64,000 nucleotides of DNA, taken from Bugula neritina (Eukaryota; Animalia; Bryozoa). Below, piece by piece: positions 1 through 22,319 of the stretch. The position numbers were made by a program, and so were the translations under genes. A model generated the notes under the pieces. It was given only the letters and a program-made list of their open reading frames with translations. It ran no database searches and was not told the DNA's origin. The DNA is taken from the NCBI GenBank assembly GCA_964035545.1, contig OZ037765.1, forward strand, positions 3,854,698-3,918,697. Direction: 5' to 3'. Within the stretch, counting starts at the first letter, position 1; each line of letters starts with the position of its first letter.

Positions 1-190
1 ATAAAAAAACCCTTTCAAACTTGTGTGAATATTTCAAGATTATAAAACTAGCTTAAATTATTATTGCAAATTTTTAAAGTTTATTATATATACAGTTTTA
101 AATTATGCCAAACTATAAAACTGTAAAATGTGTTTAGATTGAGTCACAATTTAATTAAAAAATCAAAAGATTTCACCCTTTATGACTCAC

Positions 191-7434
<7,244 letters not shown>

Positions 7435-8712
7435 TACTTGTGGAAGCTCCAAGCCTAAAATATAATTTAAATGCACAAAAGTCTAATATATGGATAATTA
7501 GTTGAAATATAAATATTCATCATAAAAATTGTCAAAAAATGCAATATGAGAGCTTGCTACAATATATACTTTTATAGTTGCAGTCGCATTTGAGAGAATG
7601 ACTGATAAATATTTTCCAATTTCAAAAAGCCTCCAAAACGACATTTGGCTGAAACTACATAAACAAAATATGGTTTTAAAAATGCTAGACACTTATTAAA
7701 TTTAACTATTTAAAATATTTTGAGCAGCAAAAATCAGCATATACTAAAAATATTTTATTCCTTCATACAGACTTTGTTTTAAACTAAACAAGCAACAGAT
7801 AAGCTACTCAATTGAGCTATTGAAGAGTTGATAGGAATTATGGAGATATGTTTATAATCATCCACTATAGCCAATTCATTCACACAGACTAAACCCATAA
7901 ATAAGGTGAACCTCAATTTTAGCCTGACTTATAGTAATGGAATAACTCTTATGAATTATTTTATTTAAGATTATTTGATTAGCTGTAAAGTTCATTAATT
8001 ACACAAACTAAAATATACTAACGCAATTTTGAAATTAGATTTATAAATGAAAGCATACCACACATGCAAGACTTATCTTTACAGTTAGCCAATATGCTAT
8101 TATTTCATTATTGAATCACTTATTGAGTATAACTGAAAGTTTGATATTTTCCAGAAAGATAATTACTGGAAATAACAAACTGTATTACTTTCTGTCAAGT
8201 GATATTTCTTACAGTTATACCCAATTAATTATGACATTTTGTTGCAATAAGAAAGAAGCATGTTGCAAACATTCACTATATACAACGTTTACCCTGCTTC
8301 TTTAATAGCAAACTTTTTACTAAACATGAAGCAGTATTTTAAAAAATTTATGACAGATTTTGTATGCCAAATGATTTTATTCACCTAAAACTTGACAAGC
8401 TCAGTGAAAATTGTTGAAGTAGTGTTTTTAAAAAGTGCAACGCTTCAAGTTAAATAAAATATGCATAACTTGAAGTGTAAAGTTTCAAAACAATAAGCTT
8501 GTCAGCAATTTATAGGACAAGTCAGCATTCCTGAGATAATATCCAGATAAATACCTGTAATTGGTAAGAACTAGTGCTATAGTACATAACTTCTTACATA
8601 ACCATTTTTAGTCAATAATTTACTCTTACAAGTTTTGAACTTACACTAAATATAAAGCTATGATGTATAATACAAAAACATTATGCTGTTTCAAATATAG
8701 TAAAATTTTTAA

Positions 8713-9190
8713 GGGCACGTAAATACATTATTATAGTAGATTTTAGAATTTTTGCTTGTATAAGCACATTAAACTAAATCTATTCATAAAATTTATTAAT
8801 TTTTATGGGCACATGAAATAATAAATTATTATAGTAGATTTTAGAAATTGTTCTTGTATAAGCACATTAAACTAAATCTATTCATAAAATTTATTAATTT
8901 TTATGGGCACATGAAATAATAAATTATTATAGTAGATTTTAGAATTTTTGCTTGTATAAGCACATTAAACTAAATCTATTCATAAAATTTATTAATTTTT
9001 ATGGGCACATGAAATAATAAATTATTATAGTAGATTTTAGAAATTGTTCTTGTATAAGCACATTAAACTAAATCTATTCATAAAATTTATTAATTTTTAT
9101 GGGCACATGAAATAATAAATTATTATAGTAGATTTTAGAATTTTTGCTTGTATAAGCACATTAAACTAAATCTATTCATAAAATTTATTA
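8713..9190. repeat. 98-bp tandem minisatellite, ~4.8 copies, with alternating A/B variants
   Basis: gggcac recurs at 8807, 8905, 9003 and 9101; variants aatttttgcttg and aaattgttcttg alternate. Confidence 0.92.
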
Positions 9191-10111
9191 AGTCGTACTA
9201 ATTAAATACAATTGGGTTTTAAAACAAAACAATCAAATTTAGCAGATGCATTCGGCTGTTTTACTCTAAATGTATTATGACCTTGTATTTAATACTAATC
9301 TTATATGGATGTGCATGTTTTACACTTCATAGTCATAAAACTCTAGGGAATATTTTCTGAGTATGTGTATAACTAACTCACCTTCAACTATAAGCAATAA
9401 CGTAAGTTTATCTACTTTCCCACACACATGTGCCTACCCTGCCTTCATCTACTCAATAATTAGCCCTGCTGTAGCACTGCTATCAAACAACTATAAGCAA
9501 CATGTTAGCCTCTGTGTGTATCCTAAGTTAAAGTGATGTAGGCCAGTGAGCGTATCACATCAATTGATATAAGATTAAGGTGTGAACTTAGCCTTGTTTC
9601 TTGCATCGATCTAATGCTCTATGAAGTTGATACTTTGCATGATGACAGGCTAAATTAGGATTTTTAAGCTAGAAGAGCTTTTGATTATTTCTCAGGCCAT
9701 GAAACAAACAAGCGTCGGTTTTTTGAGAATATTTTGGAGCTTTTTAACTCGAGAATTTTAAGTTAATACAAAACTAAGTAAAATACACCTGCTTGCACTT
9801 TAATTTACCCCTGAAAAATAAAAGCAGCAAATGGCTAGTATTTAATTCATTTCACTGTTTTAAGACTTGAACTTTGTAAAAAATTATTACCTATATACGA
9901 TAATTTACTTAGCAAATTAAAATAAATTGAATGATTTAACAACAGAATAAAGCACAAAACTTATGTTGCAGTTTAAGTATTTATTACTCTGCATAAAATG
10001 CTGCCTGTTGGTGTTTTAGTAGTTACACAATGAAATTTTAAATGTAAGTTTTCTTGATGCAATTACCTTATAATCTATTTGCGTTGAATTAATATCTTCC
10101 ATAATGATATG

Positions 10112-10112
<1 letters not shown>

Positions 10113-10204
<92 letters not shown>
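10113..10204. repeat. (TA)n microsatellite
   Basis: Direct reading of the sequence. Confidence 0.97.
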
Positions 10205-11145
10205 CAGCTTATAATAATTAGCATACTACAGTACTATAACAAGAAATACAAAACACAAGCTGCATGTATGAGTTGGGATATATCGTGATATATTATTAAT
10301 ATTTCGATAAGGGATTAATAATATTTGTTTGAGACTCAGTACAAATAAATTTGAACATATCAGGGAATTAATACATATTATAGGTTTGTTTAGTTTATAG
10401 ACAGGCAGCATGTTCAGCAGATATGTTACTGCTGCTGCTGCTGCTACAACTTCTACATCTCTTCATCTCACAGACAGGCTGCCAATAATCAATTGTGATA
10501 TAAACATACAACCCACAGCTCTGCTTTCACAATACTTATCAACTATGCTCTGTTGGTTATAACACATGTAGCGCTGTTCTGTCATTTTGTAGCTTTAATT
10601 CAAATTATATAATAATATATATCATTTGTATTAGCAAAAATATTGCAATAAGCATGTTATAAATTTAATCTATCTGATAAGACAAGTGCATTACGAATGT
10701 TAATCTAACGGATCACAACAATTATTATAGCATTTATTTAGTAGATAGCGTCTGTTTTGAAACATTAGCGAAAGAATTTAAACTCTAGGCAAACCTCTCA
10801 TTGTCAAGGTGTCTAGCATACTCTATATGAATAAATATTTTAACTTTACCAGTCAACTTATATATGTTTATCATAGTCAGTTGATGATAATTATATTGAA
10901 GTAAAATTCTTAGAATTGAAGCACCTTTGCTAATTTAATAGCAAGTATTACTAATTGCATACATACATTGTACTTGAATATTAAACAAACTAGATAGGAT
11001 TTTAAGTTTAACACTGTTTACTATATGTTATGTACACTGGTTGCCATGACGCAGTAGATGTATTCTATAACCAAAGTTATGCTCTCAACTCGTTGCATAT
11101 TTCACCTACTTATAAATAAGCAAGTATAAGTTTCTAGTTTTAGTT

Positions 11146-11159
11146 GTTGCTATGGATAC
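11146..11159 (-). promoter_or_regulatory. Candidate RFX X-box upstream of nAChR gene A
   Basis: GTATCCATAGCAAC on the minus strand fits the X-box consensus RTHNYYWTRRNRAC; a second partial site, GTTGCCATGACGC, is at 11040-11052. Confidence 0.45.
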
Positions 11160-12752
11160 GGCCCAACAACCAGAAAATTTCTTCTGGCAGTTGCAGCTTT
11201 GGGAGTTATCTCCTTTTTATATGACCGTACTAATTATTGCAACAAATAATTATTATCTTAGTGCTTTTACACTGAAATTATATTATGTAAAGAACACCTA
11301 ATCACAGTATTTATAATAAGATTTTGTGGTAAAAGTCAGCAGCAGTAGAAAGACTTTGGCAGCAGCATTTGTTGACTGCAGAACCTGGACTGTCAATCAA
11401 TCATGTAATTACTACTATACTAATAGTGTTACAGTAAACACATTACAGCAAACAAACTAGACAAAATATACTAGACATGCTGCACAGCACTTTGCCCCTC
11501 TTATTATAATATGTACTTTGTGCTGAGGTTAAATTATGCAACTGTCTAGACGCCACTAACCCGATGAGTTCACATGGATATGAGGAGTTGGGAAGCAGAG
11601 CAGTTGTGATAAAAAAATTCAGTATAAATTATGTATTTTAAATAATTGTAACAAATACAGAAACATTTGCATGCATTCAATATTTAGCTTCACTATAACT
11701 CATGTAATGGGATTTAATGCTCAAATGATTATCATTACAGTTCAAAGGTCATTCAAGCTAGTTGTTTCAACACAAGTCATAATGTAAATTTGCTTGCTGA
11801 TGTAAATTTTAATAACTAATATTGACTTACCTTTTTACCCAAAGTTGATGTTGGAGTAAAACATATTAATTAATAATCCAAAACACTGGCAGAATAATGC
11901 TTGAGTATTTCCCTTCACTAACTGTACAGTAACTACACCCTTCTACTATATTGATAGACAAATCTTGTTAGTCGTGCAAATTAAAGCCTGATGATTGCAG
12001 AAGTTTCCCAATAAGCTTTCAGGAAATGCAAGAATCACAGGCTATTATTGAGCATGTTTAATGAAAACCATAGCAAAAGGAAATTACTGAGTAACTGTAT
12101 GGTTATTGATTTAGAGTTGTTCATCTTATTGCTATAATATTGGTAATTGGCCTGTAACAACTTTCACATAAAACACTGTTTTGTCAACATTGTAAAAAAG
12201 GTAACTTTTCGTAAATTGTTTTTGAATTATATTACATAATATATCAAGTTTTACTGGAAAAAACTTTCAGATGAAAAGAAATTTTATTATTTATATATAT
12301 GGAAAAATATTAACTTTTGAAAAACTCACATAAACTATAATATATAATATAATATATATGAATATGGTGATAAAATATTTATTCTACTTATAATGATGAT
12401 ATTGAGTTAGCTATGTGTTGATAATTATTATATAATTAAGCTTGTTGAAAGTAGCAATAACACAAAATTCTGGTTAAAAATGCTTATCTGTTTTAAAAAA
12501 ACACAACTCAAGTTTATCTTTGTGCGTCATCAAGTTATGTCTTTTGGTATGGCAACTCCAAAATAGAAATATAACAAGCCTAATAATAATAATTCTTAAA
12601 GAAAGCTTTTATACAGCAACTAAAAAGAAATTAACAACAAAAATTATTACTCATTTTATTGCTTTTTCTAAAAAATATTTATTCCTTAGCCATTTTTTAT
12701 TGTAGTGCAGTGATCATATTTGTCTAATCCTTTTGTAACCTTGACATTTCAT

Positions 12753-17306
<4,554 letters not shown>

Positions 17307-17713
17307 AATGAGCAAATTGAAAGGCTGGTTATTCCTCAGCAATCGTTGAATAACTAAGCAAAGTTTTATTGACACCTTTGTTTTAGCAACATCTTCCACA
17401 AGATATAAATTGTTCAATAGTGATATTTACCACTTTATTATAATTTATACATAATTTATGCAGTTCTTCAGTTCTCAACTATTGGTTTTCCTTTTACTTG
17501 GTAAATCTTGAGGGCACTTAATTATTGTATTGGATTAAATGAGCAGAAAATCTTCAGTCAGCTGAAAGATAACTAGAAACTTTTGCCAATGAGACAAATA
17601 TTATTATGTTCTATTATGGTGCTTTTCATAAATTTGATATATCAAATGTGTCCTATTGTTCAGAGCCTGTCACACTTATTTTACAGCCACAAATATCTAA
17701 GTGGTAATTTGGG

Positions 17714-17809
17714 ATGTGCACGCGTGCGCGTGTGTATGTGCATGCACGTGTGCGTGCGTGTGTGCGTGCGTGCGTGTGTGCGTGTGTGAGTGTGCGTTTG
17801 TGTGTGCGT

Positions 17810-17843
<34 letters not shown>
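17714..17843. repeat. (GT)n/(GC)n alternating purine-pyrimidine microsatellite
   Basis: Direct reading; lies between the divergent start codons of gene B and the lectin gene. Confidence 0.95.
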
Positions 17844-17844
<1 letters not shown>

Positions 17845-18370
17845 ATGACATGCGTCGGCTTTCTCATGCCACTTTTTAACTTGTTTTATATTTTTATTCT
17901 CTAGCCTACCCTGTAATTGGTGAAACAAACAAACTGCAGTATGTTTATAAAAATGTGTTTAGAATTTATACAAGTATACAAGTATACAAAGTATACAAAA
18001 CTTTAGGTAAAATATACAAAACAGTTTTCTATCAGCTTTTTCGACAAAGTTCACATTTTTGCCATCATAATAGGTTGCCCAATTTTGGTGCCATAAATTA
18101 TTTCTTTAAGATTTTAATCAATTTTGTTTATAATTATTAGATATAGGCTTGCGTTTTTTACGTCATGACTTATTCAACACCAGAAAAAAGGGATTGCCAG
18201 CAAATCAATTCTCTTTGTATATAATCATTGCGGATTTCCTTTTATTGGTAAACTTTTAAATTTTATATAAATACAGACTGCACTAAGCAAACAAACTGCA
18301 CATGTATCTACATGCAAGCAGTTTGTGGCAAGGCAGGCAGCTTACATTTGATTTCAGATAGTCTTGCACT

Positions 18371-20179
18371 ATGCATTTACTAGCACAGTTTTATACATTT
18401 TGTATGCTACACAAGATAGCCTCATCTTTAGGCAACCCCGAGGTGTCAGTAAATGGAATCTGCTACGTGTATGTTGATGAAGAAAAGGAACATGAAGAAG
18501 CTGCAGAGCATTGTGCAGTGCTTCACTCAGGTGGCACACTGGCAGCATTAGATAGTGCTGAAGTTACTGCTGCCGTTAATGGTATTTTGAATGGTAAGCT
18601 TTGTGCTTGACTTTTGGTGACTAAAAGTAAATTATACATGTAAAAATATGTCTACTGTCTACAAGCCTTTTATCCGCTTAAAATATATTCCCATCTCTCA
18701 AAGCATCTCTCAGCATAGTAGAATGATGATATAGTTTTATTATTGCAAGACCTATAAGTTAAACAGTGTAAAATGAATGGACAATTGTCAAATTACTTTG
18801 AGTCCATGACTAGTGTACATTAGGTCAAGAAGTTACTGAGGTTATCTCAACCTCTGTAAGAAATTTTCTTGCATTTATAACATATTGACACAAGTCAGCA
18901 CAACATAAGAGTAGATAACTCCTTGTTATTCACTTTATTGTAAGCTGTTAAATCTATTTGCGAAAATATGCATAAATGTTTAAATTAATGATTTATTTTA
19001 TTGCCACTAATTTTTCTTTTAATTAATTAAAACTTGGTAAAATTTTGCTTAAGATGTTTAGGACAAATTAGACATTTTACATTAGATATTTGAATTTTGC
19101 TTTAGGTAAAGAGGTGCACATTGGCATTTATACTAGAAACGATAAGCATTACTGGATGGCAACTGACCAACCTATTAATACTGGTTATCACCCACTAATC
19201 AAAGATTCTGATAAGAGTGATGAAGGTGATGACCTTTCGTGGTATTTCAAAAAAGGAAAAACATTGAGAAGATTAAATAAGGATAAAACTAAACCATTTA
19301 TTTGCCAGTATTCCCGCGCTAGAGGTAAGTATAATATCAAAGTAAGTGTGTAGGTCAAAAGCATGTTTAGAAGTATAATAATGCGCTTGTATCATGTTAA
19401 AAACAGTAATTTTCCTTGATTTTATTCTATTCTCCCTTATTATTTTCATTATGTTGTTGAACTACAACTCTTTACAATAATACAAGACTTGTTAATTTTT
19501 TTTAATTGTGCCTCTTGAAAGAAACTCCACAGTTTAATGATTGTAATAAAAATAATTTTATTTATTTTCATTAAAATTTAAAGCATTTGCTTGAATGATT
19601 AAAACTCTATATAAGTTCACCCAACAAAAGCAAGAAATATGTCTATAGGTTTTAGTATCTATTCTTTTACTGAAGAGTTGCTTTCACTATATAAAAATTT
19701 TTGAGTAAGATTTCTAAAAGTAATAGAAAAAGCCAACTTGTGGATAGGTGTAAAGAATTTGCAGTAAAAGTATTTTTACTAAAAAAGAAGGGTAGTGTTG
19801 TCAATGACAAATACTATTTTCCAATTGGTTGACATTTGTAGAAACTACTGGTACATCCACAAGTAGCACAAGCACCTCTACAGTGATCGGGACCAATGCC
19901 ACTACTGCAGCTAACTCGACAAGAGACAATTCAAACTTGCATGTTCAATACGGACAGGCTAACGACGTTTGCCAAGAAAAAGTCTGCTATTTTACAAAGA
20001 TAATTAGAGATGAGTTCATGTTAAAAGAAAGTTGTGCATTCTACTGTTCTGTAGATTCAGCTTGTTTTAGTTTTGGTATTACGCAATCTGACATTGCTGC
20101 CGAATGTAGATTGTTCTCAAAAAAAAATACGCAAACTATAAACAACTTCAGTATAGATGTGTGTTATGTAAAAAGTTAG
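18371..20179 (+). CDS. Secreted protein: degenerate C-type-lectin-like domain, Ser/Thr-rich linker, PAN/Apple-like domain
   Basis: Exons 18371-18593, 19106-19324 and 19842-20179, joined in phase 1. CTLD motifs GICYVY, EEAAEHC..GGTLA, HIGI, PFICQY; linker TTGTSTSSTSTST; PAN pattern SCAFYCSVDSACFSF...CRLFS. Confidence 0.82.
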
Positions 20180-20877
20180 TATTGGTTCGATGGTTGCATT
20201 GACCTAGATTCTATGACCTAGAAACAATTTATTCAACGGTTCAGGCTGCTAAATGCATATACAACACATTAAGACATTGAAAGTTGTATTTTTTATTTAC
20301 AGCTATAGTTGTTATTATATTAGCTTCTATTTAGAAAGAATTTACTTACGCCAAGTTCAAGTATCTCTGTTCACCAAAGAAAAGTTGGATAAGTACTAAT
20401 TGACATCTTATTTTGCAACATGGCATATTTATGAGTGTGTTAAAAATTATATTCATTGATTTTTATAAATGATATTAAAATATTTTTTATTATATTTTGG
20501 ATTAAAGTCATAAAACATTTTATTACAAGTTACAGTAAAGGTTATTATATTTGTGTAATGCAATTCATTGCAGAGTATAATACACGAGAAAGATGCATGC
20601 CTTCAGTTCAGATGAAAATGCTGTAAATTGACAAACTAAATTTTAGTTTATATTGTCTTAAATTATCTATGTAAAGCTGTACTGCGTTATAAGCATATGC
20701 AGGTATATATAATCCCATTAATTTACTAATATTTTTCTAAGTAGACATCTGTTTTACTGTGATGTTTAAAAACTAATTACTTTAAATTTTTATATCATGT
20801 ACTAAAATGGAGTCATAAACAGCTAACGAGTAAATTGATCTAAAAAATAAGTTATAGAGCCAAACTTGCAATGCAAT

Positions 20878-20885
<8 letters not shown>

Positions 20886-20967
<82 letters not shown>
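20886..20967. repeat. (TA)n microsatellite, left flank of the ribozyme element
   Basis: Direct reading of the sequence. Confidence 0.97.
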
Positions 20968-20969
<2 letters not shown>

Positions 20970-21160
20970 TCAGCAATGACATTAAATGATTGAGCACTCT
21001 CACCATGGTCACAAACTCAAGCTGCTAGCATTTTGCAATGCTCGTGACTCCTAGGTGACCCCTAGAGTCACTTGAGCACTCTGGCTTGAGTTTACACACC
21101 TTTTAAATATGCTTTAGTAAAACTATAAGTTTTACTATTGCGAAGGTGTGGGCCATGGTA

Positions 21161-21215
21161 CTCTGTTCTGTGCTGATGAGGGGACAAATCCTGAAACAGC
21201 TGCTGTCCACAGATT

Positions 21216-21218
<3 letters not shown>
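21161..21218 (+). ncRNA. Type I hammerhead ribozyme
   Basis: Stem I TCTGTG (21167-72) pairs with CACAGA (21208-13); core CTGATGA 21173-79; stem II GGGG/TCCT around loop ACAAA; GAAA 21193-96; stem III ACAG/CTGT around loop CTG; GUC triplet with predicted cleavage after 21207. Confidence 0.85.

Positions 21219-21277
<59 letters not shown>
21218..21277. repeat. (TA)n microsatellite, right flank of the ribozyme element
   Basis: Direct reading of the sequence. Confidence 0.97.
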
Positions 21278-21280
<3 letters not shown>

Positions 21281-21318
21281 GTTTGGTTGATGTCATATAT
21301 GGAAGCTGTAAAAGCTTC

Positions 21319-21392
21319 TGCCCCACCGGGAATCGAGCCTCACAGCTCCTATAACTCAAAAGCCAGAGTGCTAACCAGCACACTACAGGGCC
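21319..21392 (-). mobile_element. Decayed tRNA-like head (SINE fragment or tRNA pseudogene)
   Basis: Minus strand reads GGCCCTGTAGTGTGCTGGTTAGCAC...GAGGCTCGATTCCCGGTGGGGCA, with A-box- and B-box-like motifs and a partial acceptor stem; the anticodon arm is not intact. Confidence 0.6.
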
Positions 21393-22319
21393 TATTGAAA
21401 AATTTCAACCCCACAGAAGCAATACAGGAATGGGAGATGGACAGGAAGGCATGGGAGGGGGTGGGGGAGGTAGGAGGGGGCATGGGAGGGAGTGGGAGGT
21501 GGGTGGAAGAATGTTTTTATGTATGTTTCAAAATTATTAATTTAAAACAACTAGAAATATTTTGCTAGCAATCATCATTTTGCATTTTAAAACTTCCTTA
21601 CTTTATTTTAAAACTTGAATTTTATTTAGCTAGGTAAAAAGCTATACAAAACAGTCATATATAACACGTAGCAGAACGTGTCAGTAGAACGTGATCAGTC
21701 ATATATAAAACAGCAGCTATTGATTTACCACAATACCTTATAGTATAAATATCCTTTACTATTATAGAAACACGTAATATCATGCATTAATCACAAATCC
21801 CACAGCAATATAATTTAATTATAATATCTCATAAAATCATTTATAATGTTATTCTGCTTTGTCTGAGTGTAATAAAACATTTCCGGAATGACCTCACCGT
21901 AATTTTTCAGAATCTAGGTTTTAAGAAAAAAAATCGTGAATTATGGCTGCTATAGAAGTAAAATAGCTGGCACGATGCCCAAAACTACACATTAGTAAAG
22001 AGCTCTCAATCATGTGACATGATGTAAAAATTAAATTTGATAGATTTTGCAGGTATTCTGATAAAATCCAGGTTGTGTCTACAACCACTTTACTACCAAC
22101 ATTGCACAGAGTTGTTTAGTCAACTATAAATCCAATACACTATCTAGCAGTAGGAGTTGAATGATGGAAGCCGATTAGAGTTGAAATTTATTCAATATCG
22201 ATTATTCATGCAAATGAAGCTGAAGAGGAGTGTACATAGTATGTCTAAACTGACTTCATTAGCTGACGCAACAGACTTCTAGCCACTGCGAGCTTCAAAC
22301 AAAACATCGCTTGTTTAAA

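Noticed and set aside
17583-17928. CVCVCV and HTHTHT ORFs (also 49717-50115)
   Set aside because: Translations of (GT)/(CA) microsatellites.
21319-21392. Possible functional tRNA gene
   Set aside because: The anticodon arm and T-loop are degenerate; better explained as a SINE head or pseudogene.
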